A program made the position numbers and the translations under genes. Under the pieces are notes generated by a model that ran no database searches, was not told where the DNA came from, and was given only the letters and a program-made list of their open reading frames with translations. Below are positions 38,137 through 50,155 of a stretch of DNA of 64,000 nucleotides, in pieces (position 1 is the first letter of the stretch; every line of letters begins with the position of its first letter). Source of the DNA: Phoronis australis (taxonomy: Eukaryota; Animalia; Phoronida); NCBI GenBank assembly GCA_002633005.1, contig NMRA01000691.1, forward strand, positions 137,406 to 201,405, read 5' to 3'.

Positions 38137-39051
38137 TGAAGGTGGCTCTTTGACCATCACCCATGCTGTCCAATGTTCTGGTGCTTTATTTAGTATTCAG
38201 TAGGCAATTCTAATCTAAAGGGTGTATTTATTTGCATTGGTAAGAATTTCATTGTTCTACTTTAAATATTGAAGGCATTTGTCTTACTCCTTAATATGCC
38301 GAGTTTCCAACGACATAAAATCTAGCAGTGTGTGATCGGTAACTGGTATCAAAATTTGTGTATAGTATATTTTGCATAATCTGTCAGCATAAACTCTCGT
38401 TTCAGATTTGCTATCGGTTTTTGTCTGCAACGATTGATTTGCTACTTGAATACACGTAAGCTGCAGTTGCCAATTCCTCCTGTTTATGCCTTCCTTATTC
38501 TAAAGTACTTGATGGATTCACAGTCTTGTTGTTTAAACAGTCACATGATCTCAATGTGCAGAGCGATTTAATTACATGATGTGGCAGTTTTTTTACCGAC
38601 ATTTCGTCAAGACTGTGGAATTAAATGATCTCCATGTAAGACTTTGAGGAATGTGGCTAGTGCGGTCCTGTTAAGCACATCTCTGCAATGTATGAATCAT
38701 CTAATGCAAAATTTTGTTTTCACCTTGGTTCCAGAAGTGACGGATTATCCAAGGTATATTGTATTACTAACTAAAGTGACTTACATTAGTAACCCATAAA
38801 CTAATCCACAATTCTCACATTGACATATTACTGTTTAACTTTTGGTAGAATTTCTGTGTAACGAGATGGAGAAAAATTAGATTGGAAGTAGAAGTCTCCA
38901 GTGATGAGGCTTTGTAGTACAGTGGCCATGTGTTTATACATGTCTGTGGTACTAATGTTAAGTAAATGTAGATGTTTAACTTTCACAAAAGGTCGTGTGC
39001 ACTATGCATTCAACCAAGATTGCGGTTTAACTCTATGACATTTTGTATAAT

Positions 39052-39550
39052 CAGGGCTTGGAATGACCAATGACAAAAAACGCAGAAACTTTTACGGCCC
39101 AAAACATGCGCGCTACCCAGCCTTGAAATACTCCATGTGAACCTTTCGCCGACAAAAATCGAGAGGACTAAAAAAAAACGTTACCACCATCAGTACCATA
39201 CGTCTGCGTCTTTTTAGCTCGTCCATCCACTCCCACCCCCACACATTTTTGGCTGCAGAGCCGTAGTATTTATCACCGCGGTTTACAATCACACAAGACG
39301 CCATTGAAAATCCCACAACGCTATCCCAACTGCCCCGGCAATGTTGACAATTTACGTTCCTCCGAAACATAAAGAGCAACTTCCGCTTTTCGAGGTGAAC
39401 GTCGTCGGCAACGCCGCGGTAAGAAAGGAATTTGCCGCGGAAATTTTATATCAATCCAATTTTTTTTTACGCGGAAATATAATAAAATGCGCGGACAGAA
39501 CATTTGAAAAAAGCGGAAATCCGTGTTTCCGCGGAAAATTCCAAGCCTTG
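39052..39550. mobile_element. hAT-like MITE with 6-bp TSD
   Basis: tataat|CAGGGCTTGGAAT ... ATTCCAAGCCTTG|tataat; subterminal ccgcggaa repeats. Confidence 0.85.
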
Positions 39551-39976
39551 TATAATATCGCTAGTTTCCATTCGATCCTGGAGCAGCTTCATTCGTTATA
39601 AGCAAAAGTGACCAATTTTACGTAGTGAGAGATATGATTTGACCATTATGGTATTTGTAGCATATAATTTTTGGAATCCATACAACTGATAATTAGAAGA
39701 AAAAAAGCCCGTCATAAGTAAACATTTATAGCCATAGTTGTTTGCCCTGATAATGGGTTATCAATCAAGTTACATTTTGTTATCCTTACCATGCTTTAAA
39801 GAGTGAAAAGATTTCTGTAATACAGCTCTTAAGCTACAGATTGGGCGTTTTGGTTGTGCTTTTATGGGATTTGTAATAAAGAGAAAACACCATTTCCTTT
39901 CAAAAAACAGTTGTAATATTCCTTTTACCGAGCCCATTATAAGATAATGTCATTTTGTACAACAGAAACTATTCTT

Positions 39977-40029
39977 TTAAATCTCCATCATTCTGTCAAT
40001 GTCCATAATGGTTTCGCTGTTGTATTTAC
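39977..40029 (-). CDS. EIF2B3: EIF2B3 last coding exon
   Basis: KYNSETIMDIDRMMEI*. Confidence 0.88.
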
Positions 40030-40670
40030 CTGAAATAAAATAGCGTGCTTGTTAGTAGTCGTATCTTTATACTCACGTACAATGTGTACATATCAATGCA
40101 CAATGTGTACATATCAATGTACAATCATTTTTACGTCATCACTCTGTTCCTACTCTACTCTATCCAGTTAAGCAGAAGATACAAACTGAGGCTCCAGTTT
40201 TAACACAGATATATGTCCCAATGACGACAGTCACTCAGTGTATGCATTTAAGCCGGTGTATGATAAGCGGAGCTAGTCAAATTTCAGCTACCAAGAAGGA
40301 AGTTTTCTATTCATCAAAAATAACTTACACTTTGTTATAAAAACACCGTGCCCCTTGGACTTTTTGTTTTGGTAAACAGGCATGATATTGGGTAACTTTC
40401 TTAAAATGACCCCCAGCAAGGGACACCCATTGAGTGAAACTTAGCAGAATTTCACAGATGTGTTTAAATTATGTTGACTAATTTGTCAGTCTTGGTATGT
40501 GTTTATGTTAACTAGTTGCATATACTATTATTCTGTGTACACTGTATTGTCAAGTATCTTAATTGGGAATAATCGCTGCCTCTGGTCATACCAGAGGCGT
40601 TGTGAATGCCGTGAACTGAATGTGTCAATGGAAAAGTTTTTTCAAAGAAAGCAGTCGTTCCAATACTGAC

Positions 40671-40774
40671 CCATAGCTAATATATTCTGATGGCTTCCCA
40701 CAAGGCAGTCCTTCAGGTCACATCTCTCGTTGATATGCACATTTTCACACACGACACAGTTTTGTATGTTACAT
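40671..40774 (-). CDS. EIF2B3: EIF2B3 exon
   Basis: CNIQNCVVCENVHINERCDLKDCLVGSHQNILAM. Confidence 0.92.
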
Positions 40775-41546
40775 CTGCGTGAGCAATCGAAGAAGTTTAA
40801 GTAACGTAATACATTATGCATTCAAATTGTGTAATATGACAGCTTCCAGAACACGATACTTTTTCAACAAAAAATAAATTCCAAAGTGTTTGAACAAAAA
40901 TAAGAACATACAATTATTCAATTGCTTTGTACACTTTACTAGATACAAAAAAATCACAAATAATTGAAATGAATAGCCCAATTTTTCTGATAAACTGACT
41001 ATGAATGCAACTGAATTACGAGTATCAATTGCATTTCAAAAGCAAGCAGAGGCTGAAATGTACCAACCTTCTGCCAAAGACAAAATACATCACTACCAAG
41101 CTTGGAAACAGTGGGCAGTTAGTTAACGCTCTAGACTGCTCTGTGCGCATAAAATGAGCTAACATGACGAGCATAAATGTATTAGACTGAAGGAGGGATT
41201 GTCTCCAAACTTGAAAGGAGGTGGAACTGAGGACTTCGGGAGAAAATCTTCCTCCACTTATTATTGGCACATTTACATCAGTGACACGTGGCAATGTGAC
41301 CAGTCAAGTCCCGATAAATCTGTGGCGAGAAGCCAACTCGTTGACCTTGGTTTTGACCAGAAACACATTGTCACCCATTTTAATGCTTAGTGGAGACAAG
41401 TTTTGTTGTCATGGTAAATTGTAAACATGAAGTTGTTTTTAACAAAGTCAGGGTAAAGCCACGGCTTTAAGAAACTACTCTCACTGAACTTATTCACATT
41501 TTGATTACGTATTTCCTAAATAGTAAAACCAGTCAAGACCACATAC

Positions 41547-41695
41547 CCTTCATCAATAGTCACGTGATCCATAATAATGGAGTTGGTGATCTTCACTTTG
41601 TCGCTGATCGAACAGTGACGACCAACAATTGATTTTTTCACAGACACCTTTTCTGCCACAGTTACACCAGCAGCAAGCATGCTGTCACCACCCAC
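41547..41695 (-). CDS. EIF2B3: EIF2B3 exon
   Basis: VGGDSMLAAG...ITNSIIMDHVTIDE. Confidence 0.94.
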
Positions 41696-41744
41696 CTGCA
41701 ACAGTAAATGTTTCAACTTTTTGACTAAAAGCAAACACTATGAA

Positions 41745-41820
41745 ATTTTGATCAGTATTCTGTCTTGAAGAGCTCAAGCACAACAGATAGAGCTCTTCAA
41801 GACAGAATACTGATCAAAAT
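41745..41820. repeat. Perfect 31-bp inverted repeat with 14-nt loop
   Basis: ATTTTGATCAGTATTCTGTCTTGAAGAGCTC and its exact reverse complement at 41790-41820. Confidence 0.95.
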
Positions 41821-41829
41821 CTGTCTAAA

Positions 41830-42090
41830 AACTCTGAAGATATATAGACTGTGGTGAATGTAAACAACTAAAATTACCACTAGGGAGTGTTACAGCAGTT
41901 AACCCATCTGAAAATCAGTGTTAGCCATGGTTTCCCTAGTACAAATACATCACCAGGGGAGACCACAGCAGTAGTCACATCCGTCCAAAACTCATGGACA
42001 ACTTCAGATCCTGCAAGAGGTTTAGAAAATACAGAAGTAGACATCAGACGCTAAGACAAAGATGGCAGCAATATGCACGCACATAAAATA
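41830..42090 (-). mobile_element. Highly decayed HINE-like 5' fragment
   Basis: accactagggag, caccaggggag, gatcctgcaagaggtttag, gcaatatgcacgcacataaaa. Confidence 0.5.
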
Positions 42091-42167
42091 CGAGGTAAAC
42101 AGCAATAGCACTGGGTGAAATAAGCACTTAGAACAACGATATGTACTTAATAAAGTTCCTGACGTAC

Positions 42168-42251
42168 CTGAGATTTCCCTTGAATAGTTGCTCCAGGGTC
42201 TATCAGTCGTAATTCTTTATTTGGAGCTATACTTGACCAATGTTTTACTGC
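42168..42251 (-). CDS. EIF2B3: EIF2B3 exon
   Basis: AVKHWSSIAPNKELRLIDPGATIQGKSQ; 84 nt, phase 0/0. Confidence 0.88.
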
Positions 42252-42739
42252 CTGCGATGAAACACAGTAATCAAAGTGAACAATAGTATCAAATGTCATC
42301 TTAAAGCTGTAAAGAAGGTAGCCTTCCTTAACTTACATTTTAGCTTTGCCTAGAAAGTGGTCTCTGCTTGTTCCTAAATCAGACTTGATGTGATTTTTTG
42401 GCTTGAGAAGATGTGACGTTAATTGCTCAAGACTAGGGTCAATGAGATGATTTCAGCCCGAGAGTCATTTTATGTGCCCACAGTACCAGAGTATGTGCCC
42501 ATAGTAACACATAGTTAATCTAGCATTCAGTCTTGGAACTATCCTATACAGCCAGTAAAACGACTTTGTAGAACCAAGACATGAGTTTCATTTCAAACTG
42601 ACTTAAGTACACTAACACCACAAGGGTAAGCAATGCAACTTATTGTTATTCATTTTTATGCTGGGCTTAACCAAATGGATCAACATTCAAAGGCTATGAT
42701 GAATTTTAGATTTATGCTACTGACTACAAGGACTATAAC

Positions 42740-43031
42740 CAGGGGCGGATCCAGAATTTTGAGTAAGGGTGGGGCCAGGGCAGAGTATTAGGCAGGATTT
42801 CGAGACATTCGCACCCCCAAACTGCCAAATGGAATCCGGGAGAATTTTANNNNNNNNNNNNNNNNNNNNNNNNNNNNNNNNNNNNNNNNNNNNNNNNNNN
42901 NNNNNGGGGCCAGGGCAGAGTATTAGGCAGGATTTCGAGACATTCGCACCCCCAAACTGCCAAATGGAATCCGGGAGAATTTTAGGGGGGGGGGGGCATG
43001 GCCCCCTTGGCCCCCTCTAAATCCGCCAGTG
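42740..43031. mobile_element. hAT-like MITE with apparent 5-bp TSD (spans a gap)
   Basis: ataac|CAGGGGCGGAT ... ATCCGCCAGTG|ataac; internal sequence duplicated across the gap. Confidence 0.7.
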
Positions 43032-44577
43032 ATAACACTGGTCAAATTTGTTACTTGCCCAGAGCAGAATCGATTGCTGCGCATGAGAGCAAATGAAATT
43101 TCTTGAGACCAGATTGAACAAATGTCGGAAAGTCATTTTATGCACAGAACATGATCTCAAGCTGTAGTAAGCAGCCAGTACACTGTACTTTCTGAACACA
43201 GAAAGGAGTAAGGAATGACATAAACCCAGTTTTATGGCAAAAGCTTCGGTGAATAAAGTTAACTTTGTGACAGAAGGGTGTTTACAGCACTTTAAAATAG
43301 AACTTGCAGGCTAATTCCTTATCTCTGTGATTGCTTGGCTAAATTAGTTAGAAACACAACATACAGCAATGAATTAGGTTGAAAATTGACAAATGTTTTT
43401 AAGAACCAGTTTTGTAGCAAAAATGATCTGCTGCAAGTCACTGAACCGTGTCCAGTAAGTATCCTGACGTGGTGCTGGAAAATAACACAGCATGATGTGG
43501 CCTATGTGAGCCTGCGAGGTACGTCATTAGTGCAAAGGTCACCTGTTTTGCAGAATTTTTTGTTTTCACGTTCACAAGCTGTCAATGAATACAACTGCAC
43601 TTTGTTTATCGTAGATTATGTTAAAATGGTCGTTAAATCGCTGTTATACATTAGCATAGTTAGGAGCATTCAGATACATTTTTAATAAATGCAGCGTAGA
43701 AGTCTAGCCTTGGAATGCCAACTCCTGCAAGTGACCAATGTGTACTATTATTAGAACATGGAACCCCGAGAATAGCCGCGAGAGTTGGCACTGAGAATTT
43801 CCGGCTGCCAGTTTGACCGAGTGTTGAACAAGAGTTATAGTTACTCAATCAAACCTAATTTCATTGTTTCATTTCCCTTTTGCGAATACAGTTCATGAAG
43901 CGAGACTCTTGAGGTATGGTTCCAAACAAATGGCGATATCTCAGAAAATAAGTCAACAACCCGGCAATTACATTGTACACTGGCTCGTCATTTTTTATAA
44001 GCACTGACCTGTGGCCCTGGGTGAATGCCAGGAGTTTGGCCTCTGATATCTTTGCAGCTCCAGACGTAGAACCACTTTCGACAACCTATCATACTACAAG
44101 CCACGAGTTTTTCAACAAGGCATTTTTGGGTTTAAAAAATCATGTTACTTTTTATGGAAAGAAGTTGCATAAGGCCTAAATGAAATGTTTAGGCCCTAAA
44201 AAGTGAGTTTACGAAAATTTACTTACAACTGCTTAGTTAAGTGTGTGTGTGCATGCGTGCGTTTGTATTATTACTGTTTTCAATTGTTTCTATAATAATT
44301 TATTGTGCAATGTTAAACTGCTACCCAGATGCTGTTTATTGCTAATTTGACTTGTGACAAGTTGACCTGCTGTTCTGTAGTATTTACCTATACCCGTGAA
44401 AGGTTTTGGCTTAGACCCAGATGTCCCTCTTTTTATTCTACAGTCTCTGTTTTCAATCCAGTTGTTCCTTTTTTCGTTCTTGAAAGTTGACCGTGACAAT
44501 TATGCAATAGTTATTCAAAATAACGTCTCTTTTTATGACTTGCTATTTTCCACTTTCTTTAGAAACATAACAATTGT

Positions 44578-45793
44578 AACAAGAGCAACGCGGAGCGTTG
44601 AAATGCGCCCACAATTGCACCGCATACGGTATCCTTCTAGGGTTGTTTATTGGTACCATAAAGTGGCCAGTAGAGGGCATACTTTGCAAAATGGAAAGGC
44701 ATGGTCATTGTCTCCTCAATAGGCTAGGGGCAAAATGTGAGTAATCTTCATAATACAAGCACATCCTATACACCAGTTGCTTAAAGCACCACAGAAACAT
44801 AGAATTAAAAACAAATTTACCAACATACNNNNNNNNNNNNNNNNNNNNNNNNNNNNNNNNNNNNNNNNNNNNNNNNNNNNNNNNNNNNNNNNNNNNNNNN
44901 NNNNNNNNNNNNNNNNNNNNNNNNNNNNNNNNNNNNNNNNNNNNNNNNNNNNNNNNNNNNNNNNNNNNNNNNNNNNNNNNNNNNNNNNNNNNNNNNNNNN
45001 NNNNNNNNNNNNNNNNNNNNNNNNNNNNNNNNNNNNNNNNNNNNNNNNNNNNNNNNNNNNNNNNNNNNNNNNNNNNNNNNNNNNNNNNNNNNNNNNNNNN
45101 NNNNNNNNNNNNNNNNNNNNNNNNNNNNNNNNNNNNNNNNNNNNNNNNNNNNNNNNNNNNNNNNNNNNNNNNNNNNNNNNNNNNNNNNNNNNNNNNNNNN
45201 NNNNNNNNNNNNNNNNNNNNNNNNNNNNNNNNNNNNNNNNNNNNNNNNNNNNNNNNNNNNNNNNNNNNNNNNNNNNNNGCCACTAGGAGGCGCCACAGTA
45301 GTCGAAATCGTCGGAAAATCATCGGCAACCGTCCTCTACATAGTAAGCATATACATGCCAATTTTCACAATCATCCTTTGAGCGGTTTGGTTGATAGAGG
45401 GGTGGACGCACAAAACTCGAAAACACTAAAAATGGCCACTAGGCGGCGCAAACTATGTCGAATCCATCTGAAAATGGGAGGATAGCGTCATCTCACTAAT
45501 AGGTGCCTACATACCAAATTTCATGAAAATCCAATAAGGACTTGTGAAGATACAAAGGTAAGCGTAAAAAAATTAAAATTGCAACTAGGGGGCACACCGG
45601 TAGTCGGATCCGTCCGAAAGTTCGCACATGCCGTCCCATTCATAAATGGAACATATGTGCCAAATTTCATGAACGTATGTCAAAGGGTTTTGGAGATAGA
45701 GCAGCGGACGCCGGACGGACGCCGCCCGGACGGACGGACGGACAGAGATGACGGCATAATGCGTCCACATATAAATATGTGGGCGCATAAAAA
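44578..45793 (-). mobile_element. HINE-like copy spanning a gap
   Basis: Both termini intact on the minus strand; gap at 44829-45278. Confidence 0.8.
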
Positions 45794-46588
45794 TGTGTTC
45801 CAATGTCTCTTGTTCGTGCTAAAATACACTTCATGTATTAGGATCACTAACTTTTACTTCATGAAGAAAGGAGTTTATTTCTAAACTTTTCTAACTACAC
45901 TGCAACCAATGTGAAGAGCTACTCACAATACATCAATACATTTCAAAGCTATGGCGTTTGCCCAATTTTTATCTATCAAAAAATCTTCATCTTCAAACTT
46001 TGGATAGACACTTGGAGTCGTTTTTAGCATTTTTGTAAATGCCACTGCGTTCTGACTTTTTACTAAAGAACGTAATTGTATCAAATGTCACCAAAGGCCC
46101 AATTAATCATGATATATAAAGATGTATAATTTTGGATGACGAAATTATCCACTGCAAGTGTGGGGATCTATATTCTAAAACCTTTGTCTTTATAGGGTAG
46201 AATTTTTTTGAATCATTGAAATTATTTCCCTAATGGCTTAACTAGCTCCGTGATTGATTTCCTTATATGGTACTATTACATTTTGTCAAAACTGAAAAAT
46301 ATTTTCAAACCAGTCAGGTACGCGAAATGATTTACCTTTTGCTTCAAGAACTGACAAAGTGCTTCTAATGATATGGCTCTTATGCAACTGGGTTGAAAAA
46401 ACAGCGAGTTGCAAAAAGTTTTAATGACAGTAAACTCCTTAGCAAGTACACACACCGGAACAAATGAATGCAAACAACTCACACGCATGCGCGGCACAAT
46501 CTCAGCGGCACACGGGATTGGAGTTGGCATTCCACTGGGTTAAAGTTCTAAGAACACAGTCAACAAGAAACAACCACTGAATACAAAC

Positions 46589-46785
46589 CTGCCGATTTGC
46601 CTCACAATATGTAGCAACAGTGTTGGCACGAATACAGAGTGCACTTTCATTGATATATGCATAACAACGTATCCTGTTGCCATGGTAACAATCTTCCATG
46701 TCACCATGATGATCATTCCAAGAAGACGTGTCCCTTATCAACTGGCTAAACTTGTCCTCAGGGCAAAAACTATAAATATCTGACA
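46589..46785 (-). CDS. EIF2B3: EIF2B3 exon (acceptor at 46785 or 46779)
   Basis: DIYSFCPEDKFSQLIRDTSSWNDHHGDMEDCYHGNRIRCYAY...YCEANRQ. Confidence 0.92.
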
Positions 46786-46978
46786 CTGAAAAATAGACAA
46801 AAGGACAGTCATTTTTACGCAAAGTAAAAATCCTTTGTGTAAGGGATCATTCCAAGAAGACGTGTCCCTCATTAACTGGCTAAACTTGTCCTCAGGGCAA
46901 AAACTATAAATATCTGACACTGAAAAATAAACAAAACGACAGTCATTTTAACGCAAAGTAAAAATCTCTTGTGTAAGG
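46711..46978. repeat. 134-bp tandem duplication across the EIF2B3 acceptor
   Basis: Copies at 46711-46844 and 46845-46978 with several substitutions and no N between them. Confidence 0.92.
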
Positions 46979-47254
46979 AAGTAGCAGACACAACTCTACA
47001 CACAATTTAGCAGAAGTCAAAAATAGATTGTTAGGTTTTAAAACCTTGAAACAATGGCAAATCCAAATTCAGTACCTACCTAAAAGAATGAAGAAATAGG
47101 ATTCGAAAAGGGAATAACGCTCAAAGACATGACAGAACAGAACAGAATTCAAAGATAAGAAACAGACTGACTTGCTGATGTAAATTACCAGAAAATTTTG
47201 CCCCTGAAAATTTTATCGCTGCTTTACAAACAGGTAATGCATCACAATTTTTAC

Positions 47255-47382
47255 CTGGCTTCATGTCCGCAGACAGTACTGACGTGTCTGGTCCAGGTAA
47301 ATCAATGGGGGTCTCTTTGGGGGAACTGAACTGCTTCTGAACGAGGTAAGGAATGAGCTCACCCCTTATAGTTGTTATGGAC
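47255..47382 (-). CDS. EIF2B3: EIF2B3 exon
   Basis: SITTIRGELIPYLVQKQFS...DMKP. Confidence 0.92.
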
Positions 47383-47875
47383 CTGACAAAACATAGAAAG
47401 CAATGAAGAACAAAACAGGACAGGTCACAACTTTTTGCCCGACCAGTCAGAAACGAGACTGCAACCGGGCATCCAGTCAAAAAAATATTTGACAGGCTAA
47501 GTTTTAGCGGACCTGCAGCAGAAATCACAGCCAACTATGTCTTCTGTGCAGGCCCCTGAACAACTCTTCTTGTAATCTCAAATGGATTATGGCAGAAATT
47601 TGCGAGTTTGCTGGCCTTTCGCTTCAGGTTTCTGATTTATTTCAATTTAGGTTCTTGCCAATATGGTTTGCCGACATCGGTTCCCATTTGGTGGTGACCT
47701 AGGAATTTTGCCATGTCGCATTTGGCGAGTTAACATTATGCTATATCTCTGTCCCTGATATAGTCAACACTGACAATACACAGAAACAATCGTTTCAATC
47801 AAAATCAAAGTTAATCCAGTGACAACACTTTTAGATAAGTTTAATGATAGGACACCAGCTACTTGCTGCTCCTAC

Positions 47876-47965
47876 TTTTGTTGAGATAAGAAGTCAATCA
47901 CCCATTTCTTCAGTAAATACAAGTGACCGTCCAGCAACCGGCTGCGAATGTTGATACATGGATGT
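47876..47965 (-). CDS. EIF2B3: EIF2B3 exon
   Basis: HPCINIRSRLLDGHLYLLKKWVIDFLSQQ. Confidence 0.93.
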
Positions 47966-48740
47966 CTGAAATCAAACATGAACGCTGTCACAAAGTAAAC
48001 TAGATAGCACAAAAATTCTACAAAGTTTCAATACACAAAACCATAAGTTCAGCAATCACTACCGTGTCACAATCAGTAACTTGGATTAACATCTAATTAA
48101 CATCTAATTAACATGCACCAGTGATGAGACCGAGTGTTACCAAGTCAGATCCCAGGTTCACAGCCTCAATTTTTTTCTGCGAACCTGTGGCCGACTAACC
48201 TTCCTTCCGCTGCCTCGAACTTCTTTGTGCTATGGCACCTGAACCGACAAAAATGTTGTTCAGTGTCAAGTTAAAACAGACTTTGTGAAAAGCAAAAATC
48301 CATGTCCTAGTTTGTTGTGCAGTATATGTTGAACATATTCATGCTGCAAATATATTTGTATGTCTCCCTATTGACATTCTATTCTCGCACCAAGGTTAAG
48401 AATTTTGACACGGAGTGTGAACCTATTAATCTTCACCCTCATCCCCAAGCCTCAAGATGGAGCTGACCAGTTAAGCTATGTTTATGGAATATGTTGGAAT
48501 ATCATGAGCAATATATAACTTTCTGCAGTTTTATATAAAAATGAAAATTAACAGTATATTGCAACAGTTAATGCCTAAATTATTGCAAAAATGATGTGTT
48601 TTGATTCCAAAACATTAATTTCTATGATACTATTAATGAAAAAGAATTGCTAATTAGTATGTGAACAACTTTCATTTCAAACGATTACCAAAACAATGCC
48701 TTCTGCTTCATGAATGGCGGCAAGTGCCTGTGAAATAATA

Positions 48741-50155
48741 GCAAGAGCAACGCCAAGCGTTGAAATGAGCCCACCAATGCATCGCAAATGGTGTGGTTTT
48801 AGGGTTATTTATTTGTATCATAAAAATGGCCACCAGATGGCGCAAAACGTACAATTCATCCAAATACAGCTATGGATGCAAAACAAAACAGAGCTAACAC
48901 TAGGAGGCGCCACAGTAGTCAGTCGCCATCATCAAACGTCCTCTTCACACTGAGAACATTTCAATTTCCAAAACCATCCCTAGAAGGATTTGGTTGACCA
49001 AGGTTTGAAAACAGCAAAAATGGCCACTAGGTGGCGCAAAATACCTACATTCCATCCAAAAACAGGAGCAAAGTGTCATCTCTTCAATAGATGCCTATAT
49101 TGAACATTTTATGAAAATCTGTTTTGGACCTTTGAAGATAGAGAAGTAAACGTAAAAAACTAAAATTGCCACTACGGGGCACACGAGTGGTCAGAACCAT
49201 CTGAAAGTCGTCGTTGTTCGTTGTCAACATCATATAAATACACTTGCTAAATCAAGTAAAGATCCTGCAAACGGTTAGGAAATACAGCCATGAGCGCAAA
49301 AAAAAAACTGTCAACAGGAGGCGACACAGTAATCGAAGTTGGAAAATCATGGTCAGTCGTCCACGTCATAGGTAAAACATACATGCCAATTTTCACAATT
49401 ATCCTGAAAGCGGTTTGGTTGATAGACGAGTGGACGACAAAAAACAGACTCGAAAACAGTAAAAATGGCCACTAGGAGGCACAAACTAGGTTGAATCCAT
49501 CTGACATTGGAGAGATGGCGTCACCTCATTAACAGATGCCTGTATGCCAAATTTTACGTAAATGCATTGAGGACCTTTAAAGATAGAGGTAAACGTAAAA
49601 AAACAAAATTGCCACTAGGTGGCACACCAATATTCAGATCTGTCTGATAGTCGACATCCTGCGTTATTAACATCATAGAAATGCACTTACTAAATTTAGT
49701 AAAGATCCTGCAAATGGTTTAGGAGATACAGCCATAGGCGTAAAAATACAAAATTGCCACAAGGAGGCGCCACAGTAATTGAAGTCGTCGGAAAACCATC
49801 ATCAGCCGTGCACTTCATAGTAAGAACATACATGACAATTTTCGCAATCATCCTTTGAGCGGTTTGGTTGATGGAGGGATGGACGCCAAAAAAAAATCGA
49901 AAACAGTAAAAATGGCCACTAGGTGGCGCAAAATACCTCGAATCCATCCGAAAACGAAAGGATTGATGCCTATGTGCCAAATTTCATGAAAATCAGTTGA
50001 GGACCTTTCAAGATACAGAGGCAAACGTAAAAAACTAAAAATGCCACCGGGGCCCCCATAGGAACGCACCTGCCAAATTTCAATAAGATGCTGCAAGTGG
50101 TTTAGGAGATACAGCCGCGGACGCCCAGACAGAGATGACGGCAATATGCACCCAC
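48741..50155 (-). mobile_element. HINE-like copy
   Basis: 3' hairpin/subTIR at 48741-48775, core subunits, 5' end near 50150. Confidence 0.8.

Noticed and set aside
48121-48245. C/D-box snoRNA candidate (GTGATGA...CTGA)
   Set aside because: Antisense to the host gene, and the C box is altered in the local duplicate.
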